A stretch of 64,000 nt of DNA from Azolla caroliniana (GCA_043228905.1 JBHGNT010000014.1:372001-436000); one strand, 5' to 3'; shown: positions 48,401 to 60,896, numbered from the stretch's first letter. The notes: generated from the sequence alone by a model not told the origin. A program made the numbers and translations.

Positions 48401-51400
48401 AAAACACACACATCCAAACACCTTCAAAGGAAGGATTCCAGAGTTATTGCCTTGCAACAACTCACATGGAGACTTCCACTCCAATACTCTAGAGGGCATT
48501 CTATTGATCAATGTGGCAGCCGTCAAAACTGCCTGTCCCCACAACTGCTTTGGGACATTCATAGAAATCATCATGCTTCTCGTTACCTCTAGAAGATGTC
48601 TATTCTTCCTCTCTGCTACTCCATTTTGTTCTGGTGTATATGGGCATGTAGTTTGATGTTGTATTCCTTGATCTGAGAGGTATGCCCTAAATGTCATGTT
48701 AGCATACTCTGTTCCATTATCAGACCTCAACACTTTTACTACTGCACCATATTGAGTTTGAACTGCTCTATGAAAATCTTTAAAACAAGCAAATACTTCA
48801 TTCTTTTTCCTCATCAAATATAACCAAGTCACACGAGAGAAGCAGTCAATGAAAGAGACAAAATATCGATATCCATTAATAGAACTTGTGGGACATGGTC
48901 CCCAAACATCGGAGTGTATTACATCAAATGCATGGGAACTCCTATGACCCGAACTAGCATATGAACTTTTAGTAAGCTTACCAAATTCACATGCATCACA
49001 AACAAGTTTTGTTTTATCCGCCTTTTCAAAAAGGTGTGGATACACCCGACTCAAAATGCCATAAGAGGCATGTCCCATGCGTTGGTGATGAAGTATTAAC
49101 AAGTCCTCATAACTCATTCTAGATCCCCTTACATCTATTCCCTCTACCATAGATGCTAATGCTGAATCCAGCCCTTCACGATCCAAATACCATAGTCCAC
49201 TATGCCATGTGCCAGTCCCAAGTCTCCAACCTGTCCCTTTCTCCTGGAATATCACCTTGGGAATATCAAAAGAAACAACACATTTTAGTTGGTGTATGAT
49301 AGAACTTATAGATAATAAGTTTACTGGGAAAGAAGGAGCATGCAACACATTAGACAATGTCACAGAGTCGGTACATTTTACTGTACCTATACCCACTACA
49401 GGTTGTATAGTACCGTCAGCAATTTGAATGCTTTCTGGCATTGATAAGTGAGTATATGAGGAGAATTCACTAGCATTGCCCGTCACATGCCTAGATGCAC
49501 CAGAATCAATTATCCATTCTGGTGTAGAGGCAAGAGTGTTTGTGTTGCTAGTACTTGTGGCCGAATAAGCATAGGTGGCAGTGTTACCTCTTGACATGAA
49601 TGAAGTATCATCTGCGGCTCTTTGCTTCCTCCTAAGTATTTCTAAGAGAGCTTGATCCTCTTCGGTGAACACCACCTTAGTTCCTTCCTCTTCTTTTGCT
49701 ACCATCAAGTTTGCTTGGTAACCTCCTCGTGCACCTCTTCGGCCCCCTCGACCACGACCTCTAGTTTGTCCACGTCCTCCATATTCTCTCTCCTTAGATG
49801 GTTTAGGGCAAGCATTCTTGAAATGACCAGCTTCACCACAATTGTAGCATTTTCGATTTTCACTTCCGCTTGTATTGGACACCATTAGTGCCGATCGTAC
49901 CCCTGGAAGTCCGGTAGTGTCAGAGAGCAGCTTCATTCTACTCTCCTCTTGTATCATAGTCGCGATTGCCTCATCAAGTGTAGGAATTTCTGCCTTAGCT
50001 AGAAGAACTGCCCTTCTTTGATCAAATGACGGGTTGAGATGTTTCAAAAATTGCATAGTTCTTCTTTGAGCAGAAATTTCCTTGCTCTTACACTGAGGAT
50101 CATTGCACACTGTCACAGGCGAGAAATGATCGTATTCTGCCCATAGACGCTCCAACTCTATGGCATATTCCTGGACCATCCTATCTCCCTGGCAAACAGC
50201 ATCAATCTCCTGCTCGATTTGAAATACTCTCATGTTGTTTCCCCTCCCTGCATACGTCTTTTGCAATTTCTCCCATATCTCCTTTACACTTAAAATTCCA
50301 TCAACTGTTGTGGCGATTGATGGAATCATGGAGTTTAGGAGCCACGTGTACAATGACATGTGGGTAGCTCTCCATGCTTTCCATTCATTGCTCGTTTTGA
50401 TAGGAGGCTCTTTCTCTTCTCCCGTAAGGTAGCCGTCAAGGCTTCTTCCTGCCAAGGCACCTATAATCCGACGCGACCAGCTCAAGTATGTGGCTGGTCC
50501 ATCGAGTTTGAACTCAACTGGGAGGAGTTCAAGTCGGGGTGGTGGTTGCATTCCTGTCACACCTCCAGATGCTACTATCTCAGCCTGTTTCATGTATTTC
50601 ACCAATGTTTTCACCTCATCTTCATTCAATTTTGAGAACACATCATCCATCTTGTCAACTTGGCCTATCTCTGCTTTCCTCTCTTGAATGCTAGGACAGT
50701 GCTGTTCCAATCACTGTCATTTCAGCAGAAGGGTAGATCTAGGGTTCTGCAGAGGACAGATCTAGGGTTTTGCAGAGGGGCGGATCTATGCTCTGATACC
50801 ATAAAGAAATATGAGAAAGCACATCTGTTCTGTAATATACATTCGTTGGAGGGAGAAAATACAGAGATCTCTTATATTTACATGAGGAGAAGTCCCTCTT
50901 TATAAAGGCCAAGATCTGGCCGTTGGGCTAACTAGCTGTTGGAACTAACTAGCCGTTGGGCTAGCCGTTACAACTTTTAAACATTCTCAACAGAATCTCA
51001 CCTGGGTTGGAATCCCCTTGGCTTTGGCAACTTCTTTGAACAGGAAAGCTGTAACAGCATTTGTTGCATATCTCTGGCTCGCATTGTGTTTGATGACAAG
51101 CCCCTCGTGTAATTTTGGCTGATGATGATCCTCATGTCTTTCAGAATAATTAGGGTGCAATGCATGGGCCATATCAGCAGATACTGCAAACGATAAATAA
51201 TCTCAGAGATGTCAATTTAAAACATAATACAATCTGGGTTAAGTCAAGGATTTGACTGCATGCACATTCCATTTGTAACCTTGATTGGTAACTAATTTTA
51301 TAGACATGGTAAATCCTCATTTTTAATTAATCCATAATCTTGCCCATCTCCATAATTTCAACAATGAAACTATTCGAGGATATGTTCAGCAGTGCATTAC

Positions 51401-52550
51401 CCATGTTCCTAGGCAAGAACCTACAATTGAGGTTATTAAAACCTGACACTGAAGCAATTAAACCTTATATACAAGTTAGAACCTCATTTTCATACTCTTA
51501 CCCATATCATGTTATTTTGAGAGAAGCAATTTGAGGATATGTTTAATAGTGAATCTTCCATGCTGATTGACAGTTCTTAGGTGGTAATAAACCAGATAAT
51601 GCTTTTCTCAATGCAGATACAGGCATAACTTTCTAAAATTTGGGCAATCTGACTTCAAAATAAAAGGGGTAGCTCACTGTTTGAAGTATTGACAGCTGTC
51701 ATAATTGCTTACCAAGAAATGACCGTCTAATAGCTCTCTCCGTAAGACCTTCATGCTGGGAAGAAGCACCAAGTATCTTCGAAATTCTACTCATTGCTTC
51801 AAACAATGCTGGTGATCCAGCTCCTTGAGCAGAGTCTGATCCAACCTGCAAAATATATAACAGGCACATTTCAAACATGATTTACATCCACACAAATCTT
51901 TTCCTTTGGTGCTTTGCTCCATTGTAGCTCTGAAAACGCTCCAATTTTATTTCATAATTTCTTTTGTTCTGCAATGATATCTTTTTCATACATTTAACTG
52001 ATCAACACATACCATTTTTAAGTGTGTTATTAATAACACTTAATCCTATTAACTGGTTCAGTTCGAATCAATGATAATTATTACACCTCACCTCTTCATT
52101 GTCGAATAATGCAACCATCCTTATTGCACTCTCATCCTCAAGACTAACAGCATCTTGGCTACTATCCAGCAATGCCCGAAGTGCACAATAAGATGAAGCA
52201 AGATTATCCAATCTTCCCGAGAAAATAAACTCATGATGAGCACCTCCAAGACAACTGGGTTGTGTATCACACACATCAAGCTCCAAATCTGCAATCTCTT
52301 CTACCTGACAGCCCAGCTCTTCAGCTAGTATCTACACATAAAAATTTAACACATTCAGCTCCAGATAGTGCTGCATAACAGGACTTTTCGAGAAAACTAT
52401 TACCTCCAAAAGTATTGGATGATGTGGCTTTACAGGAGAGTCCTTATTAATAACCCCAGACTTTAATTGAGTAGCCAATATTGGAACTAAGTGGCTTTCA
52501 AGATTTGGTTTAAACCCATCTGTATTCACAGTTCTAGAGGCAACACAAAA

Positions 52551-52602
<52 letters not shown>

Positions 52603-55600
52603 CTCGTTGCGCCGAGCATATGCAAATGGCTAATTAAATGCCTTCACCACATTTTACATGGCTAATTAAATGCTTTTACCATATTTTACAAGTCCTAAAC
52701 AGTACTGCACAGGGCTGCATGCCTTTGCTTATCTTTTTTCCTAGGTTGCTAGAGTTTCTTGCAGAACTCACTCTCACACTTGGCAAATCCGATGCCTAAT
52801 TACAATTGCCTTCAGTAAATCTACTAACAAACGGATTACTGGTTGAGATTGATTGGCAGGAAAAAGGATTTGGGACTTCCTCAAGACCTCCAATTAGGGA
52901 TTATGGCACTATCCAAAGTAGGACCACAGACTCTAGGGGGACTTTCAGAGTTCTCTCATTCCACTATTAGGATCATAGAATGAACCATACGTATCATACG
53001 TGCATTTGCATTAGAGAATGATTCAATCAAACGTGTATGGTAAATCATCTCAAAGTTGGATTGGATTGACTATGGTCTATATTATATATTGATTCACTCT
53101 CAATCCCAATAAGTGGACTCTAATCCATTGTGAACCACCAACATAAGTATAATGTATGGTTGCAATATTTGCATTGTATCACATGCATACTTTTGGGATG
53201 TTTCTTAAGAATCAAGACATCTCTATCATCCTCACTTCAGAGATTGAATCAAAATATGTCATTATAAATTATAATCAAACGTTCAAAAACTCATAAAACG
53301 TATATTCAAGAATATGAAGAAAACATGACATAGGCAGTAGTATTATAACACTAACATAAAATTTTGCTATAAAAATGGTACTAATGAGAGAGAGAGAAAG
53401 ATGTGAAAATTGGGAATCGAACCCAAGACATAGATAGCAATAGCATGACTCCTTACCACTAGGGTGAGCTGAATTGTAATGAAAAAAAAAGAAAAAAAAG
53501 AAAAAAAAAGGATCACGTATTTTTCCCATTTCAAACGTGTTCGTTTCCAAACGTTTGAATGCTTGCACGAACACGAATATTACGTTCTATGATTAGGATG
53601 GGATAGCTGTATTCAGTTGGCAAGTACTTGGATACCTATTCTATTATATGTTGAATAGATAGTGTGCTTATAACCCCTTAAGAAGGCTTATGGAGAGACA
53701 TTTTAGATAGCCTACATTCTTCTTCCTTGTTATCCCTTCAATGTTGTTACCTGAGAGTTTCCTACCTCATAAGGCTCGAACAACTACATTTCTGGTTGGC
53801 TCACTAGCAAACTATCTCCCTGGATGAGGAAAGATAGTAAACCAATTTCCGATTCATCGAAGAGTCGGACTAGATTATTAAATATTTAATGCGCGAAGAT
53901 GTGCTCACAATCTTATTTATTTGATACCCTTGTTACCTCTACAATTCTTTTATAGAGTGCAGATTTTGGGGTCTATCATTGCATAAGGCAGCAGCATAGG
54001 CTTGACTTACTAGGTAGTAGAGGGTATGCAGTAGTAGCACTAGAGAGGATATCTCACTAACTTCCAAAATCTTAGTAAATTGCTTGATACTCTTGATACC
54101 GTTATAATTCTTTATGTAGCTCAGATTTGGGGGCCTAGTTTGGAGGTTTCTCTAATTGGTGGAGATCAATGGAGAAACCTATTGTTCCATGATCTCCAAA
54201 ATTATTTGAAGTAAATCACATGTACGCCATGAGACAATCAGGGATGAGATAACTGCACCACTGATGGCTGTAGAGGCTCTAGTCAATGTTGTTTTCTTCA
54301 GAGTACATGGAACTTCCTCAATATAGAAACGCCAGGTTGCCTTTGTAGACCTCTTGACCGTCGACGATTATGGGCAATGCTTCATGTTGGTATGGGCAAA
54401 GGGCATCGTCATTTGAATTCCATCCATGATTTCAGCATAGGAAGACAACCTCCCTTCAAGTGCTCCTTGGATTCATCATCTCCCACACTAACTCACTCAG
54501 AAATTAGCTGATTCAGATCTTATTTCTGCTAGAGACTTTAAGGACATGGATAAAGCCCATGGAGGAGTTTGGTAATACTATGGCATTTGCAATGTTTAGA
54601 AAGTGTGTTGTCAAAGAGTTGGGAAACACATTGTTCTGAAGCCACCATTACAGTGGCAATATTGTAGGAAGAAAGATGTTTTAGAATATTGGAGTTGCGT
54701 CTTCAACTGTAAAAGTTTTTGGACCAGCTCTAAGATCAATAGGTGACTCAGGTATCAGAAACAATCAGCCTATTCTGGACAAAAAGTACAGTGCGTGACA
54801 TGGAGATTATTCTTGCTGACCCTGTATGTATTCTTGTCCACGTAAATATCGATCACACTGCCACCTTCTACATTAGTGCTTGAATTCCATCCTTCAAATC
54901 TAGATGATGACCTACCAAAAATGAACCACTGCCATGGGTTCAAGTCTTGAGAGTATTAAGCTGTACTCCATAAAAATTAAGGGACCACTAGTAATAAAAA
55001 AATTGGATGGAGCCATAAATTTACAAATACTAAACCAAGTGCTAGACCGGATCACAGATTTTTAAAATTGTTATTAAGGATGTTACAAATACCGGTCGAG
55101 ATGAATAGCCAGTGTTGGAATACGAAGAATTGGCCGCTTTACTTTCACAAGTCTATGTACCACTGAGCCATTGTTTAATTTCAACAATACTCTGCCAGCT
55201 ACAGAAAGATCTCTATCAAACCATGTGTGCCAAAGCCCGCCACCATATGTTTGCACGCCCACATTTAGAAACCCTGACTTTAGTGAAGCTGATACAGGTT
55301 TCAACTTAGGGCATGGACTATCTGTGTGTGCCGCAATCACATGGAAACCGTTTCCAGGTTGAAACCTACATGAATAACATTAAATACAATTGATATATGA
55401 TCTTGGCACATGGTCTGAATTTTGAAGAACCATCGAAATTCCAAGAGCTACCAACAATGCAATCAAAAACACCACTTCAGGCAAGCCAGCACATAAAGAA
55501 CACAAGATAACCTTATGCATATTATACCCTCACCATATGAGAACACCTATGACTGAAATTTCTATTCATAATGATGAGTTTAAACTTGAGCTCTGTATAC

Positions 55601-58600
55601 GCTGCTCAGGAATCCAAATCTAAAAACACAAAAGTGGTGACTAAAAGATGGAAACCAATAAAAAATCCCCAAGCAGAAAGAAAGGAAAGACTATTCACCC
55701 ATGAAACCCAAAAACATGCCATGTACATTCTCATCTATATAAAAGGAAAAGCTTATTGAACTGACTGTAATCTAGATAATTGGAAGACAAAGATAGAGAG
55801 TTCTTCGCACACTTTTCCCCAATGGCAAATGCTATGATAGTAGACATATTTCGTGTGAAAAAGTAGCGCCCCCCTGGCATAACTTTCCATTCATCCTCTT
55901 CTTTGAGCAATTGATACCCTGCTCCAAGCAGGAGCCGTTTAGCCTCAGCTGCAATAAAACATCCAATCATTTAGAATTATAACATATACTTCAACTATAT
56001 AACATAGGGCCTTTAGTGAAAAACAGTAGGAACAGATTGCATGAGGACACGAGGGATCTTTCATTTATTCTCAAGAGTATACATATATGTTACAACAGGT
56101 GAGAGAAAATACAGAGATCACTTATCTTCCATAAGGAGGAGAAGGCTCCTCCTTATAAAGGCCAAGATATGGCCATTGGGCTAACTAGCTGTTGGGGCTG
56201 GGTAGCCGTTGGGCTACAATTTTAATCATTCTCAACACTCCCCCTCAAGATGGGCAAAAGATATCCACTAAGTCGATCTTGTCACACAGTCTAGAAAGAC
56301 TTACTGGCCCAAGTCCCTTTGTGAGACAATCTGCTACTTGATCTTCAGTGTACACATGGCTCAATTTTAATATTCCACTATCAAGTTTCTCCTCATAAAG
56401 AATCTGCCGATTTCGATGTGCTTGGTCCTATCATGCTGCACCGGATTGTTGGCAATGCTGATTGCTGACTTATTGTCACACCACAGTCTCATCTGACTTT
56501 CTTGATTCATCCTTTGTTCTTTTAGGAGAGTTCTCAGTCACAACATCTCTGCAATTCCAACAGCAATAGCTCTATACTCTGCTTCTGTTGTTGACCTTGC
56601 CACTACCGAATGTTTCTTACTCTTCCAAGAGACCAGATTGCCCCCAACGAACATGCTACTCCTGATGTGGATTTCCTATCATCAGCACAACTAGCCCAAT
56701 CGGAATCACAATAGTCCTCAATGTTGAAATGACCATGTTTTCTAAAGATCAATCCCTTCCCCGGTGCACCTTTGAGATATCTCAGAATCTGGTACACTGC
56801 ATCCATATGATATTTCCTTGGGTCATGCATGTAGCGATTTACCACACTTACTGAAAATGAAATATCTGGACGAGTGTGAGTCAGATAATTTAGCCACCCT
56901 CCCAATCTCTGATACATTTCACGATCAACTTTCTCTCTTGCAAGTTCTGTTAATTTGATCTTTCGATCAATTGGATAAGATACAGAGGCCTACAACCTAA
57001 CATTCCAGTTTCTGTGAGAATATCTAATACATACTTTCGCTGAGATAGAACTCCTTCTGCCCCACAAGCTACTTCAATTCCAAGAAAATATCGTAGCAAG
57101 CTTAGATCCTTCACCTCAAACTCTTTAACCAATTGCACCTTCAGTTGGGCAATCTCTCCTTCATCGTCACTTGTGATAACTATATCATCCACATACACAT
57201 CAAGTAATGTAATATGCTCCTTGTGTTGTCAGAACACTATGTGGTCCACATTGATCTAATGGTATCCCATACCCACCATAGCCCTTCTTATTCTGTTGAA
57301 CCAAGCTTGCGGAGACTGCTTCAATCCATAAAGCAACTTCCTTAGTTTGCAAACCTTGCCTACTATTTGAATTATACCAAAACCTAGAGGGATATCCATG
57401 TACACTTCCTCCATCAACTCTCCATGAAGGAATGCATTTTATACATCTAATAATGTAATTTCCAATCCTTATTAATTGCCAATGAAGTAAGTGTTCTAAA
57501 AGTGCTCATCTTCGCCACATGTGCAAAAGTTTCATCCTAATCAATGCATTATATCTGACTATATTCCTTAGCCACTAATCGTGCCTTGTAACAATCTATT
57601 TTGCCCTCTGGGTTTTTTTTACTATAAACACCCATTTGCACCCAACCGCCTTCTTTCCTGGTGTTAATGACACAATCTCCCAAGTTTTGTTCTTCTCAAG
57701 AGCTCCGAGTTCTTCTTGCATAGTGTGAAGTCAGTTTTTGTTTGCAAGGAAAGATTGTTGCAAATATGTTGGATGTTGAGATGTCTAACAATAAAGAGTG
57801 ATATGAAAGGATCAAGTATTAATGGGGGGAGGAACTTGAAGGGATATAAAGTTAGAGGCGTTTTTCAAAAGTAGAAAAAGGCAAGGTATGGGTATGAGGA
57901 TTTAGGTAGAGGAAAAAGCTCATAACGTCTTCATCCAAATTTCAAAAGGGAAGTTTTATAAAAAAGCTGATAATAAGGGCTTTCCAAAAAAAGTATTGCA
58001 TGACAAATTTGGGATGAGAGAGGAAAAATAGTGACATAAAAAAAACGCCCCACATAAACTCAAGGATATTTAAAAAGAAAAGAAACGAAAAAAGAAAGAA
58101 TAACGCAACCAAAAACCTATAAATAGGAGGGTATTCTTAGCAATTTCGGAGGGGAGGAGAAAGAATAGAAGGTCTACAAGAGGTGAGAAGAGTCTTGGTA
58201 GAAGGAGGGAAGAATGGAAGTCTATTTTGGTTTGAAGTCATAGAAAGAAAAAAAGTTCGATGTAGTTGAGTTTTTAGCTGGAGTCTAAGAAGCTTGTATT
58301 GTCCCCCAACGTTATAATATAACATTCCTTTCTCTTTCTTTTCTCCTCTCTATCTTTTCTCTATCTCTCTTCATCACATAGTTGCTTTCCACTTTGGATC
58401 TTTTTGGGTAAAGTGACAAAGTCTAATGATGCAATGGATACTCGTATGTGTAGGTGATATGCTAGAGTAAGAGATAAACTGAGTAATATCATGAGGAAAA
58501 CCATAATGATTAGGAGGGACTCCTGCATTACTGCAATAGGTCCTCCCAACCGATACAGGAGAAGGAGAGGAAATCATATCACCTGTGTTTTTTGGGTTTG

Positions 58601-60853
58601 AGAGTTCTATGCATATTTCAAAAGTTGAGGCGAGTCGGGACATGGACTGCAAACGTGTTTGTATTCCTTTCCTTCTGCCTGTTGGAGGGTGGCAGCTCCA
58701 AACCTACACTCTCTTTCATCTTTATTATCTCTATACTACATTCTCTCTCTAGAATCTGCAACTCTTTAAATGCCTTCTCTCTCTAGAATCTGCAATGCTT
58801 TAAATGCCTTTTCTCTCTTCCACTTTTTCCAAGATATTCTCTTTCTATTCCTAGTTTATTGTACCTATTTGGTAGTACAAGAGTCTCTTAACTACCAAAC
58901 AACCATTCACCCTTTGATGACTCAATTGAGATTGAAAATATGAGGGAAGAAGGAGATACCAAACAACCATTCACCCATGCAAAATCTATCGATGACTCAT
59001 TGAATGGAGGTGGAAAATTTCCGCAATTAGCAACAAGCTTTCCTACACATGGACTATTGTCCTTTACAAAACACACATCCAAACAGCTTCAAAGGAAGGA
59101 TCCCAGATTTATCTCCTTGCAACAGCTCATTTTAGATCCCCTTATAGATTTGGGGTATGCGGAAGCGTGTGTGAGAGTGGGTGTATGGGCAAGAGAAGGA
59201 ATCCAAGAAAATAACCAGAAATAATAAAATACTCAGTAAGGGGATGACCGCTTATGCACTGATGAGAAAACTATATTAATCAACTAAAGATCATCAACTG
59301 AACACAATGGGCCAAGGGGATTTTATATACAAGTCCTCAAGGGACTGCCGCATTAAATGTGGTTTGTGGAGTCTAGTCATAGACATCCACTCAAGTACGA
59401 TTCTGTCACAAGAATATCTAGTTTTTCATGTAACTAGATAGTTCACACGGATTACAATGCTCATGATTGTGCTTTTCTTCATAAGCGCGTGTTCACATGA
59501 GTTGAGCTTGATTCTCAACAATTAGCATAGTTGGAAAACATCAATTGCTGATATGAATGATAGAATGATTCTTGTTACCCTGGTTCTTCTTGAACAACCA
59601 TATAGATTGCAAGAGATGCATTCGTCAAAGGGCAGATAGAGCTCATTCTTAATGAACTTCGTAAACATACTCTTGATTAAATCTTGATTGTGATTGATAT
59701 TAATAATGAATCTGGTCTGCGTGTTCTATAGCCACAAGCTCATACAATTGCTTATTAGCCTTAGCCCACAGGGCATATTGTTTCTGTGATTCCTGTCTCT
59801 CTTTATTGCTGAGTAATTATTATACATATAAAAACTCTAGATTTCAGGTTCCATTGAAGTAGTTCCTCATATGTAACACAAATGCTCAAATTGATCTTAC
59901 TGAGATGTTATGACTTTTAAAACCTATCCTTTGAACAACATACTAGATTGCCAATATTACAAGGATTTGAAACAGCAATTAGAGTTCAATGGGATGCATC
60001 ATAATAAGTTATGTTAGTGTTTTCTATAGTCCGACATTGGAGCCAAGAGCAGTATCATACGTTTCCAAACTTTTATTTCAACTAGAACTCAAATTTCTTT
60101 ATTTGAAAAGAAGAGTTATGAGAAGAACCTGTGGCATGAAAAGGAGTCCAAGACTCATTGAGAAAACGTAGTAGATCTCCCACAATAGTGGCAGACCCTT
60201 CTATCTCAATTTTCGAGGTTGATGCCTACAAACCATCCATTAAGCATCAAATACAAGCAAGAAAAGATGAAGAACCTCCACAAAAAACAAAACAAGGATT
60301 AATAAAGGCCAAGCCTCACAAAACAAATAAAGAGAGGACGAAAAAACTCCAGGATAGGAAGTTGGACCAAAAACAAGTAAGAAAATATAAAGGAAAAAAC
60401 TTGAAAAACAAAAGTAAGGAAAGATGAAGGGACCCGAGTTTAGGTTGCACCAAAAGCAAAGCATGAAGTAAAAGATAAACGAAATCGCAAAACAAGGGGA
60501 CAGAAAAAATGGACTAGAAAACAAATGGGAAAGAGAAACAGTCAATTATGAAGAAACTGAAGGATGGAATACTAACCTCTTCTTTTTCACTGCTATTCTC
60601 TAGTGTAGAAAATGATGCTCTAAGTCTTGGTACATAAGAAGAGGGGCGCCATGGAGGGGAGGAGGAGGAGGAGGAGGAGAAGAGGCATCCAGCGATGGTG
60701 GTTGAAGAGGAGAGATGGCAGAGCATACGAGATGGGTTCCTCTGTATACACCGCGAGAACCTCAGAGAGCGAAGAAGAAACCAGGAAGAAGAGGAGGAGG
60801 AGAGCCCACCTCTGAGGTACAGAAGAGAAGAAGAAGAAGAAGACTCCATAGCC

Positions 60854-60855
<2 letters not shown>
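45499..60855 (-). CDS. DNPEP: Aspartyl aminopeptidase (peptidase M18) with a Ser/Arg-rich N-terminal extension (likely organellar transit peptide); exons 60855-60577, 60225-60129, 55948-55813, 55365-55093, 52533-52404, 52331-52092, 51845-51713, 51183-51002, 45813-45701, 45607-45499
   Basis: Contains [80 protein letters not shown] and QLSMHSVRE. Splice phases are consistent. Confidence 0.95.
45983..50992 (-). mobile_element. Intact Ty1/Copia (Ale-like) with identical 191-bp LTRs (45983-46173, 50802-50992), TG...TA termini and TSD GAATC
   Basis: GAATC lies at 45978-45982 and 50993-50997. PBS TGGTATCAGAGC is at 50790-50801 and PPT TTGAGGGGGAG at 46174-46184. No LTR difference was seen. Confidence 0.97.
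46181..50710 (-). CDS. Copia gag-pol polyprotein, 1509 aa, uninterrupted
   Basis: Contains [64 protein letters not shown] and ADCLTKGL. Confidence 0.97.
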   Translation of the reverse strand: MEQHCPSIQERKAEIGQVDKMDDVFSKLNEDEVKTLVKYMKQAEIVASGGVTGMQPPPRLELLPVEFKLDGPATYLSWSRRIIGALAGRSLDGYLTGEEKEPPIKTSNEWKAWRATHMSLYTWLLNSMIPSIATTVDGILSVKEIWEKLQKTYAGRGNNMRVFQIEQEIDAVCQGDRMVQEYAIELERLWAEYDHFSPVTVCNDPQCKSKEISAQRRTMQFLKHLNPSFDQRRAVLLAKAEIPTLDEAIATMIQEESRMKLLSDTTGLPGVRSALMVSNTSGSENRKCYNCGEAGHFKNACPKPSKEREYGGRGQTRGRGRGGRRGARGGYQANLMVAKEEEGTKVVFTEEDQALLEILRRKQRAADDTSFMSRGNTATYAYSATSTSNTNTLASTPEWIIDSGASRHVTGNASEFSSYTHLSMPESIQIADGTIQPVVGIGTVKCTDSVTLSNVLHAPSFPVNLLSISSIIHQLKCVVSFDIPKVIFQEKGTGWRLGTGTWHSGLWYLDREGLDSALASMVEGIDVRGSRMSYEDLLILHHQRMGHASYGILSRVYPHLFEKADKTKLVCDACEFGKLTKSSYASSGHRSSHAFDVIHSDVWGPCPTSSINGYRYFVSFIDCFSRVTWLYLMRKKNEVFACFKDFHRAVQTQYGAVVKVLRSDNGTEYANMTFRAYLSDQGIQHQTTCPYTPEQNGVAERKNRHLLEVTRSMMISMNVPKQLWGQAVLTAATLINRMPSRVLEWKSPCELLQGNNSGILPLKVFGCVCFVKDSRPSVGKLDPKAVKCVFVGYSATQKGYVCWSPVEKRLFVSMDVHFRESEPYYKQGVTSPFDDLIQTENMREGDNCERLLKIGSIPLLTPTSAEKEVSVGGTEEEGNEDEEPICVGTQVEGELKVYTRKRRQKDGNVNTSSTPHVPSSSMSRPASTSEIPTELPNLEITGDMISSPSPIEIRRTSRSNAGVPPDRYGFPHDIAQFISYSNISATHRAFIASLDSVTLPKCWQVAKEDPKWKAAMQEELGALEKNKTWEIVSLPPGKKAVGCKWVFTIKQTPEGKIDRYKARLVAKGYSQTYGIDYDETFAPVAKMSTVRTLISLAVNKDWKLHQLDVKNAFLHGELMEEVYMDVPPGFGTIQTVGKVCKLRKSLYGLKQSPRAWFDRLRRAMVGMGYQQTNADHTVFFRQHKDHTTLLAVYVDDIIITGNDEGEIAQLKMQLGKEFEVKDLGLLRYFLGIEVARGAEGVVLSQRKYVLDLLKETGMLGCRPVASPIDQKIKLTELAGEKVDRERYQRLVGRLIYLTHTRPDISFAVSVVSRYMHDPRKDHMDAVYHILRYLKGAPGKGLIFRKHGHFNIEGYCDSDWASCADDRKSTSGYCMFVGGNLVSWKSKKQSVVARSTAEAEYRAIAIGVAEMLWLRTLLVELKVNQENQMMLWCDNKSAISIANNPVQHDRTKHIEIERFFIKEKLDNGILKLSHVSTEHQVADCLTKGLGPVSLTRLCDKMGLVDIFHPS
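52974..53591. mobile_element. hAT-like MITE (CATAGA family) in an aminopeptidase intron
   Basis: Termini are CATAGAA.../...TTCTATG, with a perfect 8-bp TSD ATTAGGAT at 52966-52973 and 53592-53599. Confidence 0.88.
57724..58376 (+). mobile_element. Solo LTR nested in the degenerate Copia
   Basis: TG...CA termini with a 5-bp TSD CATAG (57719-57723, 58377-58381) and a CCTATAAATAG TATA box near 58116. Removing it restores the host sequence. Confidence 0.8.
58680..59035. mobile_element. LTR-like segment (TGTTG...CAACA) replacing part of the degenerate Copia
   Basis: Has inverted terminal pentamers, and host collinearity skips about 370 bp across it. No TSD. Confidence 0.5.
59143..59520 (-). mobile_element. 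LTR remnant related to the 6744/24616 LTR type
   Basis: Shares TGCGGAAGCG near one end and TTGAGCTTG.TTCTCAACA at the other. Confidence 0.55.

Positions 60856-60896
<41 letters not shown>

Larger units (their letters stand above)
56017..59125 (-). mobile_element. Degenerate 5'-truncated relative of the intact Copia (3' LTR ending 56236, RT/RNase H, part of integrase) in intron 2
   Basis: Collinear with the region ~46174-48460, with stops and frameshifts. The PPT CTCCCCCTCAAG is at 56237. The left LTR boundary is approximate. Confidence 0.88.

Noticed and set aside
53700-54950. Intronic stretch with more balanced base composition (also ~31870-32500 and ~43560-44190)
   Set aside because: Probably decayed repeats, but no termini, TSD or protein motif could be recognised.
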